Program-made: the position numbers and the translations under genes
DNA from: an uncultured Acidobacteriaceae bacterium
GTDB lineage: Bacteria > Acidobacteriota > Terriglobia > Terriglobales > Acidobacteriaceae
DNA length: 64,000 nt
Direction: 5' to 3'
Assembly: GCA_963793525.1 (NCBI GenBank)
Contig: CAWCAZ010000022.1
Span: forward strand, 65,291 to 129,290
The notes under the pieces: generated by a model
Told to the model about the DNA's origin: nothing
Seen by the model: the letters and a program-made list of their open reading frames with translations, nothing else
Database searches by the model: none
In this document: positions 18,752 to 33,761 of the stretch, in pieces
Numbering within the stretch: the stretch's first letter is position 1
Layout of the letters: each line of letters starts with the position of its first letter

Positions 18752-20577
18752 TCAACCCGCAGAATCCCCTATATTCTGGATCGGTTTATCGGGCTGCGAC
18801 TGGTAGATCTCGGCCACTCGCTTCAGGGTGTCGATCTCGCTGACCGGTTTGTCATCGCGAATGCGCAGAATGCGTGGGAAGCGCAGGGCGAACCCGCTGT
18901 CATGTCGATCCGATCGCATTACGTTGTTAAACGCCACTTCCAGCACCACCAGCGGCTCCACGGCTCGCACGCTCCCGAAATCCTCCAGCGTGTGTTCCAG
19001 GAAGAACTGGGTTAGCCGGGCAATTTCGGCATCGGTCACCCCGGAGTAGGCCTTGCCGACATTGCGCAGCACCTCGCCATCGCGGACCGCGAAGGTATAG
19101 TCGCTCAGCCATCCGGCCCGCTTTCCGTGGCCATACTCTGCCGCTGTCACCACTACGTCCAGCGTGGCCAACTCGCGCTTCAGCTTGAGCCAGGCTAGAC
19201 CACGCCTACCGGGTTGGTAGGTGCTATGCCGGGCTTTCAGCATGACGCCTTCATTGCCCCGGGCCCGTGCGTCCACGTAGGCCTGCTCCAACTGCTCCAC
19301 GCTCTCCAGTTGGACGGCAGGGGCAAGCACCAGCCGGGCGAAGCTGTCCTCCGGTGCCGCCGGCTCAAAGAGCAACTCCGTCTGCTGCCCGCGACTGGCC
19401 AGGCGGCTGCTCACCAGGGTTCGGAGCTGCTCTCGCTCCACCAATTCTTCCAGTGCGCGCCGGCGTTCGTGCAAGGGCTTGTCCATCCAAGGTCCGCCGT
19501 GGGCGTAAAGCAGATCAAAAGCCATAAACACCACGGGAGTGGCCTCGCGCATTTCGGCTGTGACCCGCTTGCGTCCCAATCGTGCCTGCAGAGAAGAGAA
19601 TGGCAGCGCACGCTCCCGGCTCCAGGCGAGGATTTCGCCATCCAGCACCAACGGTTCTTCGAAGCCGGCAAAGGCCTCGACGATCTCAGGAAAACTGGCG
19701 GTCATATCCTCCCGTGAACGCGAGTAAAGAACCACCCGTCCGGGATGCTCAGGCGAGCCGCAGTGAACCTGCGCCCGGACGCCGTCATACTTATCTTCCA
19801 ACTGGGCCTCTTTGATGACCGGCGCGTCGGGGTGCACCTCGCTCGAGGCAGATTTAGCTTCTTCGGCCACCTCGGTGGTGAATCGCTGCAAGGCCTCCTC
19901 TACCGTCTCCACCGGGCTGGCCAGCATGAAGCCGAGAGGATGAAAGAGCTTCATCCGCGCCTCGGCTAGCCGGCCACTGGCCGCCAGCTCCAGCACCTCG
20001 GGAAGATTGCCATTGAGCATCCTGGCCCGTCGCACGTCGCCAATGGAGGCGCCGTAAGCAGCGGCGATCGCCTCCTCCACCAAGCTGACCTGGATCCCGG
20101 TGCGCATATCCCCCAGGATGATCTTGATCAGGTACTTGGCCTCGAGCGGCGTTGCCTTCTTGAGCAGCTCCAGAGTGAGTTGTTGTTTCCTGGCCGGCTT
20201 CGCGGCATCGGCGATGGCGGCAAAGGCCTCGGCCACTTCGGGCAGCGAAAGGGTCGACGCCGCGGCTGCTCGTCCTTGCAAAAGGTCCTGCGCCGCGCCG
20301 CCCAGGTCGCCATGCCGCAGGTAAGCCGCATGCATCGCGGCTTGGTTGGCCCCGGAGAGCTCGGCGAGGACGCGACTCAGCGCCGCCCCGCCCACCTTCA
20401 GTTCGCGGCCATCCGTCTCCGGGAAAGGCACTCCAGCCAGGTACAGCGCCGCCACCCGGCCTCCGGCACCGGAAGGGGGCGCAGATACTCCGCCATGAGC
20501 GCGCGCTTTTCCAGCTTGCTGCCGGTCTCGGCCAGGCGCTGGCACAGCTCTGCGAATTGGGTAAGTAAGGCATGCAT
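18752..20577 (-). CDS. ATP-dependent DNA ligase, three-domain (Lig1/archaeal-like); one frameshift near the 5' end
   Basis: Adenylation motif EDKYDGVRAQV, then ..EGVMLK.. and an OB-domain region. The true N-terminus (MHALLTQFAELCQRLAETGSKLEKRALMAEYL.., ATG at 20577) is out of frame with the main ORF. The shift lies within about 20451-20463. Confidence 0.88.
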
Positions 20578-20751
20578 GGTCAGGTTCCCATTGAGATGCG
20601 GGTGCCGCCGGACCTGTTAAAATAAGACAAATGGTTCATCGCGTCGCCAATACGGTTCCTGTCCGGCACGCTCTTTCCTAGCGGCTCCCGCCGCCGTATG
20701 TCTCTTTGTTTCGCCTCGAAACGCAAAAGTTGACCGGAAAGGAACCCTATC

Positions 20752-21829
20752 ATGTTGGATCGCCTGGAACAGATCGAAACCCGTTATGAAGATCTTGGGC
20801 GGCAGCTCGCCGACCCGCAGCTGGTGACCGACCAGCAAAAATATCACAAGACCGCCAAGGCCCATCGGGACCTCGAAGCGGTAGTGGGAAAGTATCGTGA
20901 GCTCAAGCAGGCGCAGCAGGGAATTGTCGATGCCAAAGGCATGCTGAACGAGAGACGATCCCGAGCTTGCGGCGATGGCGCAGGAGGAACTCACTCGCCT
21001 GGAGAGCACAGCCGCCGCACTGGAAGAAGAAATCAAGGTCATGCTGCTGCCCAAGGATCCCAATGACGAGAAGAACGTCATCCTCGAGATCCGCGCCGGC
21101 ACCGGTGGAGACGAAGCCTCGCTATTCGTTGCCGAGATCTTCCGCATGTACTCGCGTTTTGCTGAACAGCATCGCTGGAAAGTGGAGATTCTTTCCCAGT
21201 CGGAATCCGGGGTGGGCGGTCTCAAGGAAGTGATTGCCATCATTGAGGGCAAGCGCGTGTACTCGCAGATGAAGTACGAGAGCGGAGTGCATCGGGTGCA
21301 GCGCGTGCCCGCCACCGAGACCCAGGGCCGGGTCCACACTTCGGCCATTACCGTCGCGGTTTTGCCCGAAGCCGAAGAAGTCGACGTGAAGATCGAGGCG
21401 AAAGACATTCGCATCGACACTTTTTGCTCTTCCGGTCCCGGCGGCCAATCGGTGAACACCACGTATTCCGCGGTGCGCATCACCCATCTGCCCACCAATA
21501 CGGTGGTGAGCTGCCAGGACGAGAAATCGCAGATCAAGAACCGTGAGAAGGCCATGCGCGTTTTGCGGGCGCGGCTCTACGAAGTGGAAATGGATAGGCA
21601 GCAGGAAGCACTGGCCAAAGAGCGCAAGCAGCAGGTGGGCAGCGGCGATCGCAGCGAGAAGATCCGCACCTACAATTTCCCTCAAAACCGGCTCACCGAC
21701 CACCGTATCGGTCTGACCAACCACCAGCTCGCGGAAGTCATGGAAGGCAAACTCCAGCCGACCATCGACGCCCTCATCGCGCACTACCAGGCCGAGCGTC
21801 TCAAGGCTGAAACAGCCACTGTGGCATAA
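20752..21829 (+). CDS. prfA: Peptide chain release factor 1; one frameshift
   Basis: PAT tripeptide ([17 protein letters not shown]) and GGQ ([12 protein letters not shown]). The two pieces 20752..21066 and 20975..21829 join with a shift at about 20950-20956. Confidence 0.93.
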
Positions 21830-21830
21830 C

Positions 21831-22668
21831 ATGCCGGCCACCGCCGGCGAGGCATCTGCAAGCGGCTCGCGCTCGCCTGGCCGCTACCTCACGCAATCCC
21901 CGCCGCGATGCCGAAGTGCTGCTTGCTCACGTGCTGGGATGTGACCAGACCGCCCTGCTGACTCATCCCGAGCGTCTCCTCTCCCAGCTGAGTCGGATCA
22001 GTTCGAAAACTTCCTCAGCCGGCGCCTGGCCAGCGAGCCCATGCAGTACATCACCGGCTCGCAGGAGTTCTTTGGCTTGCTCTTCGAGGTGACCCCGGAC
22101 GTCCTGATCCCGCGCCCGGAAACCGAGCACCTCGTTGAGGCAGCCCTGGAGCACCTTGGCCCCGAAGCAAATGCGCGCATCGTGGACGTGGGCACCGGTT
22201 CGGGAGCCATCGCTGTAGCGCTGGCGCATGCCCGGCCGCGATCCCACGTAACGGCCGTGGATCTTTCTACTGCAGCGCTCGAAGTCGCGCGCCGCAATGC
22301 GCAGCGGCATGGGGTGCTCGAGCGGGTGACCTTCCTGCAATCCAATTTGCTGGCGGCCGTCGACAGTGCGGACTTTGACATCGTCGTGTCGAATCCTCCC
22401 TACATCGCGGAAGGAGGAGGTTCTGGAGCCCCAGGTGTCTAATTACGAGCCGCACTCCGCGCTCTACTCCGGGCCTACGGGTCTGGAAGTCTATGAGCGC
22501 CTGATCCCGCAGGCCCGTAAGGTGCTCAAGCCGGAGGGCTGGCTGTTGCTCGAGATCGGCTTCGGCCAGCAGCCGGCCGTCGAAGCACTGCTCCGCGGCT
22601 GGCGATCCGTCAGCTTGGTCCACGATCTACAGGGGATCCCTCGCGTGTTGCAAGCACAAGCTCCCTAG
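21831..22668 (+). CDS. prmC: Release-factor glutamine N5-methyltransferase; at least three frameshifts
   Basis: ..DAEVLLAHVLG.., ..QYITGSQEFFG.., VDVGTGSGAIAVALA and NPPY (VVSNPPYIA). Frame changes at about 21834-21849, 21980-21985 and 22409-22420. Confidence 0.85.
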
Positions 22669-22683
22669 CCGAAACGCCCCTGC

Positions 22684-22755
22684 CGGACGGGTGCCCCGCA
22701 TTCGCCATAGCGTATGTGGGCCAAAAAGACGGGCGAAGCCCACAATCGTTTGGTT
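22684..22755. repeat. Single unit of the GGACGGGTGCCCC...GTGGGCCAAAAA repeat family
   Basis: Matches the arms of the 40269-40442 element with substitutions. It accounts for the spurious N-terminal extension of ORF 22691..24040. Confidence 0.75.
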
Positions 22756-22780
22756 GATAATGGAAGATACGAGGGATTCA

Positions 22781-24040
22781 ATGGGCACTGTAACGGAACT
22801 TCCAAAAACATCTTTGACCTTTGAGCAGAAACTGGATCGCCTGGCCCAGGTTGCGATCAACGCAGGCCTGGGACTCGAGCGTGGCCAGGAACTGGTCATG
22901 ACGGCGTCACTCGATGCTTTGCCGCTGGCCCGCTTGATCACCGAGCAGGCCTACAAGGCCGGCGCCTCGCTCGTGACCACTCTGTTCACCGATGAGCAGT
23001 CGTCGCTGTTGCGTTATCGATACGCCGAGGATGCGGGCTTCGATACCGCCGCAGGATGGCTCTACGAGGGAATGGCGGCGGCATTTCGCAGCGGCGCTGC
23101 GCGGCTTGCCATTGCCGGCGGAAACCCATCCCTGCTGTCAAAGGAAGATCCGGAAAAAGTTGGCAGGGCAAACCGCGCCGTGTCTAAAGCCTATCGTCCG
23201 GCCATCGAGCTCATCACCCGCCATGACATCAATTGGACCATCGTTGCCAGCGCCACGCCGGCATGGGCGGCAGCGGTATTTCCCGATCTTCCCCCTGATC
23301 AGGCGATAGCCAAGCTGTGGGACGCGATCTTTGCCGCGTCACGGGTGGATGCAGACGATCCCATCGCACGATGGAAACAACACGACGCCGGGCTGCATCG
23401 GCGCGCGGATCTGCTCAACGAGAAGCGCTACGCTACGCTCCATTTCCGTGGCCCAGGAACCGATCTGCGCGTGGGACTGGCGGATGATCACCTGTGGATG
23501 GGCGGAGGCACGCAGGCCGGCACCGGCGCCTATTGCATCCCCAACATGCCGACGGAAGAGGTCTTCACCACTCCGCACAAAGACCGCGTAGAAGGCACGG
23601 TGACCAGCACCAAGCCGCTCTCCCACCAGGGCACGCTGATAGAGAAGATCGCAGTGCGCTTTGAAGGCGGCCGCGTGGTCGACGCCAAGGCCTCCGCGGG
23701 ACAGGAAGTGCTGCAGCGAATGATCGATACGGATGATGGAGCGCGGCGTCTGGGTGAGGTAGCGTTGGTGCCCCACTCCTCGCCGATTGCCAGCAGCGGG
23801 CTGCTCTTCCTGAACACGCTCTTCGATGAGAATGCGGCCAGCCACATCGCCCTGGGACAGGCCTACAGCACCTGCGTGAAGAATGGAGACCAGCTCAAGC
23901 CGGAAGAGCTCGCGGCTAGGGGTGCGAACGAAAGCCTGATCCACGTGGATTGGATGATCGGATCGAGCGAGATCGATCTGGACGGCATCACGGCCACCGG
24001 TACCGCGGAGCCGCTGATGCGCAAAGGCGAGTGGGTCTAA
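22781..24040 (+). CDS. M29-family aminopeptidase (AmpS/PepS/aminopeptidase T-like)
   Basis: ..FEQKLDRLAQVAINAGLGLERGQELVMTAS.., ..PNMPTEEVFTTP.., ..NAASHIALGQAY.., ..IHVDWMIGS.. Start chosen at the ATG preceded by GAGGG. An alternative ATG is at 22760. Confidence 0.85.
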   Translation: MGTVTELPKTSLTFEQKLDRLAQVAINAGLGLERGQELVMTASLDALPLARLITEQAYKAGASLVTTLFTDEQSSLLRYRYAEDAGFDTAAGWLYEGMAAAFRSGAARLAIAGGNPSLLSKEDPEKVGRANRAVSKAYRPAIELITRHDINWTIVASATPAWAAAVFPDLPPDQAIAKLWDAIFAASRVDADDPIARWKQHDAGLHRRADLLNEKRYATLHFRGPGTDLRVGLADDHLWMGGGTQAGTGAYCIPNMPTEEVFTTPHKDRVEGTVTSTKPLSHQGTLIEKIAVRFEGGRVVDAKASAGQEVLQRMIDTDDGARRLGEVALVPHSSPIASSGLLFLNTLFDENAASHIALGQAYSTCVKNGDQLKPEELAARGANESLIHVDWMIGSSEIDLDGITATGTAEPLMRKGEWV

Positions 24041-24053
24041 TTTACCAAGAGGC

Positions 24054-24135
24054 TGGACGGGTGCCCATGTTGCACCGGCGAAGCCGGGGCACTACATGGG
24101 TTGAACAAGACGGGCCGAAGGCCCACGATTTATTG
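24054..24135. repeat. Diverged unit of the GGACGGGTGCCC.. repeat family
   Basis: GGCTGGACGGGTGCCCATGT..ACATGGG..GACGGGCCGAAGGCCCAC contains internal hairpins. It lies between the convergent aminopeptidase and clpB genes. Confidence 0.7.
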
Positions 24136-24236
24136 CTTGTTGCCCCCAAGCGCATTGACGAATTTATCCGCGTCTGCAACCGGGCAATCCGTAGGGACGG
24201 CTTCAGTAATTCACTTAAGAGCGCACGTCGCCATAC

Positions 24237-24268
24237 AAAAAAAATCCCCCTCTCGTTTACAAGGGGGC
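24237..24268 (-). terminator. Rho-independent terminator of clpB
   Basis: On the minus strand: stem CCCCCT/AGGGGG (24246-24251 and 24262-24267) with a 10-nt loop, followed by a run of 8 T (plus-strand A-run 24237-24244). It lies 17 nt after the clpB stop. Confidence 0.75.
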
Positions 24269-24284
24269 TCGACTTACTTCGGGA

Positions 24285-26906
<2,622 letters not shown>

Positions 26907-27055
26907 ATTCCTGTTTTCCTGACTGACCAGACCATCCTGAACTCGCGCGTGATGCGAAAGCAAGGGCGGTCCTCGCCCTGGTGTGGATAAGCCTGGTCTT
27001 CAATTTTCTTTTGATCTTGGTAGTGTTAGCGAAGAGGTGGCGCGCAAGCTCAGCG

Positions 27056-27101
27056 CCAAAAATTTGTGAGTTCACCCCGGATAAATGGCCGGGGTGAACT
27101 C
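27056..27101 (-). terminator. Rho-independent terminator after hsp20
   Basis: Perfect 13-bp stem GAGTTCACCCCGG / CCGGGGTGAACTC (27068-27101) with an 8-nt loop. On the minus strand it is followed by ACAAATTTTT. Confidence 0.75.
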
Positions 27102-27117
27102 AGTCTCAGCGATTGAG

Positions 27118-27625
27118 TTACGCCGTCTTGGCAGTCTCGGGTGCTGCCTGTTGATTCTGGTTCAGCTGCTTGGCTGATCCGACGTTCACCTTGATTTGCT
27201 TGGGCTTGCTTTCCGGACGCTTCTGCAGTTCCAAACGCAGAACCCCAGCGTCGTATTCGGCCTTGATGCTTTCCGGGTCGATGGTGTTGGGGACCGTGAA
27301 GGCACGATAGAAGCTGCCGTAACGCCGCTCCACACGATGGAAGTTCTCTTCCTTGCCTTCCGTCTCGAAAGCTGCGCTCGCCCCTTACCGACAGGGTCGA
27401 GTTTTCCATCCGGACATCCAGATCCTCCTGGCGTATGCCGGGGATTTCGAGTTTGAGCACCAGTTTGTGCTCGTCCTCGTAGATGTCAACCGGGGGCACA
27501 AAGCCCGCAGCCGTTACCGGCTCGTTCTCTCCCGAGCCATTCCGGGAAAAGTCTTGAAAAAGGCTATTCATGCGATTCTGCAATGCCACCACATCGCGAT
27601 ACGCTTCCCAGCGAGTAATTGTCAT
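27118..27625 (-). CDS. Small heat-shock protein (Hsp20/alpha-crystallin family); one frameshift
   Basis: ..PPVDIYEDEHKLVLKLEIPGIRQEDLDVRMENSTLSVRGER.. continues in another frame as ..RRYGSFYRAFTVPNTIDPESIKAEYDAGVLRLELQK... Shift at about 27370-27385. GGAGG Shine-Dalgarno sequence upstream. Confidence 0.9.
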
Positions 27626-27678
27626 ACATGTCCTCCAAGTGTCGGCTGAATTGATCAGCCACAATCCTTTGATGAAGA

Positions 27679-28521
27679 TCATAGCATGAAGGAATCATAA
27701 AATATGAGTGTAATTGTATAAGATTTCTGATTAACCGGGAGCTCCGGCGTGGCTTCCAGAAGAGCCTTGGTATAAGCCTCCCCGGGGAAGTGGCAAATCT
27801 GGTCACAGGTTCCCGCCTCGACCACCTTGCCCGGCTCGCATCACGACGATATTGGTCGAGAGATAGCGCACCAGGGGCATGGAGTGGGAAATGAAGAGGT
27901 AAGTCAAATGGAATGTTTGCTGTAGATGCCGTAGCAGGTTCATGATCTGGGCCCCGACGCTCACATCCAACGCCGAGACCGGCTCATCGAGCAGGAGCAG
28001 TTCCGGCCGGAGCGCGAGCGCCCGGGCGATGTTGATCCTTTGCCGTTGGCCGCCAGAAAACTCATGGGGATAGCGGGGCAGGGCGGACTCATCCAGGCCA
28101 ACCTCGGCTAGCAGGGCCTTGGCATCTTCGGCCGGCCGGCCTGCGTCGTATCGTCGCGGTGGATGCGGAAGGGCTCGGCAATGATCTCGGCCACCGTCAT
28201 GCGTGGGTTGAGGGCCGCGAAGGGATCCTGGAAAACCGGCTGCATCCTGCGCCGCAACGTGCGCAGTTCGGTGCTCGACCCATCGCCGATCACCTCCTGC
28301 CCGTCGAAATAAACCGTTCCAGAAGAGGGGGGTACCAGGCCCAGGATCATCCGGGCGACGGTGCTCTTGCCGGAGCCCGATTCGCCTACCAGCCCCAGAG
28401 TCTCGCCCCGGGCGATGGAGAAGGAGACCCGGTCCACGACGCACTTTTGCTCCCGGGTACCGCGCCATCCCGAGCGCCTTGCATAATTTTTGGTGAGTTG
28501 CTGAACTTCGAGCAGGGCCAT
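27679..28521 (-). CDS. Orphan oligopeptide/dipeptide-type ABC transporter ATP-binding protein (OppF/DppF-like); two frameshifts
   Basis: [13 protein letters not shown].., Walker [10 protein letters not shown], signature FSGGQRQR and Walker B LLLLDEP. Frame changes at about 28135-28145 and about 27830. An alternative start is at 28560. No permease or binding-protein gene is nearby. Confidence 0.8.
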
Positions 28522-28577
28522 GCCCGGATAGTAGATCAATGGAGAGGGCGCCGCAGCCACTCTCCACTGATGGAACG

Positions 28578-31343
<2,766 letters not shown>

Positions 31344-31580
31344 TCATTCAATGAATCGCGGTACCTAAGTGATCACTTTACATCTTTAGACGGATGCTGA
31401 AGTAACCTATTTTTAAGTTACTCTAAGCGTGGAATTAATGGGTACTCTGGTAATGGAAAGAGTAGATACCCTCTAATATCACTGAAAACGCAGAGCTGGA
31501 GAGTTTCGGCGAACTATACTCTGACTATCGTCGATCTTCTACATTGAATAGGAACACCTACCCCCGGAGGTAACCAGTTT

Positions 31581-31805
31581 ATGAAACTCCTCGTACATGC
31601 ATCCATCTTCTCCGTCATATTCGCTGGCTTCGTTGCCAGTGCGGTAACTACCAAGCACACAGTTCTCGGTTCCTGCGAATCACAGCCTGGTCATTTCGCA
31701 CGCCATGCCGGTGCCCAGCTGCCCTCCCAGTACAGGTTGCGCACTTTAACCCAAATTCACAGTACTAATACGTATCCACGTCAGTACCCAAACACTCTCA
31801 AGTAG
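31581..31805 (+). CDS. Possible small secreted or membrane protein (74 aa)
   Basis: GGAGG lies 10 nt upstream of the ATG, and the N-terminus is hydrophobic and signal-like. It sits in an AT-rich region, is short, and has no recognisable family. Confidence 0.3.
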   Translation: MKLLVHASIFSVIFAGFVASAVTTKHTVLGSCESQPGHFARHAGAQLPSQYRLRTLTQIHSTNTYPRQYPNTLK

Positions 31806-31887
31806 CACAAAAGTGCTAGGTTATTGAGTTTTCTTGGGTTGAGCAGCATCCCTTTTCGAGCTATTCTCAAGACTCGGAAGGGGTGTT

Positions 31888-32778
31888 GTGATGACGAGCG
31901 TAGCCCTCACCATCTTGTACGCGGCAGAGCCTATCCTCTTGGCGGTAGCCTTGATAGCTCTGCTCAGGTCTCGGGAACAGAAGCGCTTTCCGGCGCTTTT
32001 TGGCTACGTTGCGCTTCGGCTCGGGTCCTCTGTAGTCCTCCACCTGTTACTGCAAATCCATCGCTTCGTCACGATTGACAACGCAACGGCTTACGCCTTG
32101 TACTTCTATACGTACTGGGTCAGTTACGTCGCGGGCGCCGTCGTGGTCTTCCTGGTTATCCAGGAGATGTTTCAGTTCGCCGTGGATCCCTTCCCGGGCC
32201 TGAAGTGGCTGGGTACCATATCCTTCCGCTGGGTTGCCTGCATCTCGTTTGTTGCCGCCATGGCGGCACTGCTTGTGCCCGGTGGCAAAGGGGACAGGTT
32301 TCTCCTGGCGATCGTCGCCCAGGCGATGCGTTGCGAAAGTATCTTCATCCTTAGTCTTCTGCTCTTCCTGATGATCGCGGCGGGAAAGCTTGGTCTTTCT
32401 TACCGCAGCCGGGTCTTCGGTATCAGCTTTGGATTCGGCATCATGGCGGCGAGTGACCTGATTCTCTCTGCAGCCTTTCTGCGCTTCGCACACAACATGA
32501 TGAGCTCGACCCTCAGCGTGGTGACCACCGGTACCAGCCTGTTGACGCTGGTTGTCTGGTCGGCCTACTTCCTGCAGCGGGAGCCGGCTCGCCAGGCTGC
32601 CGTCCTCGACCCCTCCTCGCCTCTGGGGCGTTGGAACGAAATCGCTACTACGCTCGGTCAGAGCGGAGGCCGGGTACCGGTCGCCGTTGCTGCTCCTGCA
32701 AACAGCTTCTTCCTGCAGGATGTTGAGAAGGTGGTCGACCGCATCCTGATCAAGAACTCGCTCCATGTAGCCAGCTAA
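31888..32778 (+). CDS. Polytopic (about 7 TM) membrane protein of unknown function
   Basis: 296 aa, with about seven hydrophobic segments and a roughly 70-aa soluble tail. The layout recalls stand-alone 7TM sensor modules, but no output domain is present. Confidence 0.65.
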   Translation: MMTSVALTILYAAEPILLAVALIALLRSREQKRFPALFGYVALRLGSSVVLHLLLQIHRFVTIDNATAYALYFYTYWVSYVAGAVVVFLVIQEMFQFAVDPFPGLKWLGTISFRWVACISFVAAMAALLVPGGKGDRFLLAIVAQAMRCESIFILSLLLFLMIAAGKLGLSYRSRVFGISFGFGIMAASDLILSAAFLRFAHNMMSSTLSVVTTGTSLLTLVVWSAYFLQREPARQAAVLDPSSPLGRWNEIATTLGQSGGRVPVAVAAPANSFFLQDVEKVVDRILIKNSLHVAS

Positions 32779-32794
32779 CTTCCAAGCCAAAGAC

Positions 32795-32830
32795 AAAAAA
32801 GCCATAACGGTTTCCCGTTATGGCTTTTTT
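32795..32830. terminator. Bidirectional rho-independent terminator
   Basis: AAAAAA-GCCATAACGG-TTTC-CCGTTATGGC-TTTTTT. Perfect 10-bp stem (32801-32810 and 32815-32824) flanked by an A-run and a T-run. It serves the convergent 7TM gene and rpmA. Confidence 0.85.
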
Positions 32831-33124
32831 ATTTGCGTTCGGTACTTCGCGTTACTTGGCGGCGGCGGCTCTCTACCGGTTCCACAGAGACAAAACGGCC
32901 CAATCTGCCGCGGTCTTTGAAGTTCACCTTGCCCGAAATCTCGGCATAGAGGGTGTCATCCTTGCCCCGGCCGACATTCAGTCCGGCTTTAACCGGGTGC
33001 CGCGCTGGCGCACGATAATGGAACCACCGGGGACCACCTGGCCGGCAAAGATCTTCACGCCCAGTCGCTGAGCGTTTGAGTCGCGACCGTTTTTAGAACT
33101 GCCTAAGCCTTTCTTATGTGCCAT
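32829..33124 (-). CDS. rpmA: 50S ribosomal protein L27; one frameshift
   Basis: [47 protein letters not shown] then stops. The expected continuation [22 protein letters not shown].. is one frame over. This is consistent with one G missing from the G-run (coding strand) at about 32982-32985. Span length is 3n-1. Confidence 0.93.
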
Positions 33125-33162
33125 TGCTTAATCCTCAATCAGAAAATTTGTCTCGCGGGCAG

Positions 33163-33506
33163 CTACTGCGCGGCCTTTGCTTCGGCCTTATCGTAGGTGA
33201 ATCCGTTGACCTCGATGCTGTTGATGCGAACCGAGGTGTAGGCCTGGCGATGCCCTTGCAGCTTCTTATATTGCTTCTTGCGCTTGAAATGGAAGACCAG
33301 GATCTTGTCCCCGCGTCCTTCGCTGACGACGGTGCCCAGCACCTTACCCTCTGGGGTTTGGCGATCGGCGACGATCCGTCGGAAAATGCCAGCACGTTCC
33401 TGAACTCAACTGCATTGCCGACTTCGGCCGCGACCTTTTCAATCCGGACCACGTCGCCGGGAGCGACGCGATACTGCTTACCACCTGTGCGGATCACCGC
33501 GTACAT
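33163..33506 (-). CDS. rplU: 50S ribosomal protein L21; one frameshift
   Basis: MYAVIRTGGKQYRVAPGDVVRIEK.. has its C-terminal part (..GKVLGTVVSEGRGDKILVFHFKRKKQYKKLQGHRQAYTSVRINSIEV..) in another frame. Shift at about 33345-33360. Span length is 3n-1. GGAGG Shine-Dalgarno sequence upstream. Confidence 0.93.
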
Positions 33507-33761
33507 AAAACCTCCAAGATCAGTTTCACAATTTCTTTGCCTCACAAAGATCGCGAGGTGTGGTTTTCTTTGGGAGAAAACCACCAAAACACTTGCTGCT
33601 TCGGTTCACATCGATTGTGAAACCGATTGACGCCGAGCCACACCGGCGTCGCTAAATTGCTGGGCAGAGTACTGGATAGCTGGATGTGCTCAAACCCTAC
33701 GGGAACGCGGGTGAGCAGATCGTCCCAAACCATCTAATCTTACGTTTTCCGTCGATTTTGG

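Noticed and set aside
20538-20552. Sigma-54-like motif TGGCAC-N5-CTGC inside the ligase 5' region, pointing toward prfA.
   Set aside because: It matches the -12 element imperfectly (CTGC instead of TTGC). It lies inside a coding region about 200 nt from prfA, and no enhancer-binding protein gene is nearby.
20940-20980. Frameshift in prfA as a programmed recoding event like the +1 shift of prfB.
   Set aside because: The protein is RF1 (PAT motif), which has no known programmed frameshift. There is no in-frame UGA with an upstream SD-like element at the site. The same contig has dozens of comparable shifts in unrelated genes.
27644-27660. RNA thermometer in the hsp20 5' UTR (hairpin GGCTGA-ATTGA-TCAGCC).
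   Set aside because: The 6-bp hairpin lies upstream of the Shine-Dalgarno sequence (27631-27636) and does not sequester it. It does not resemble ROSE or fourU elements.
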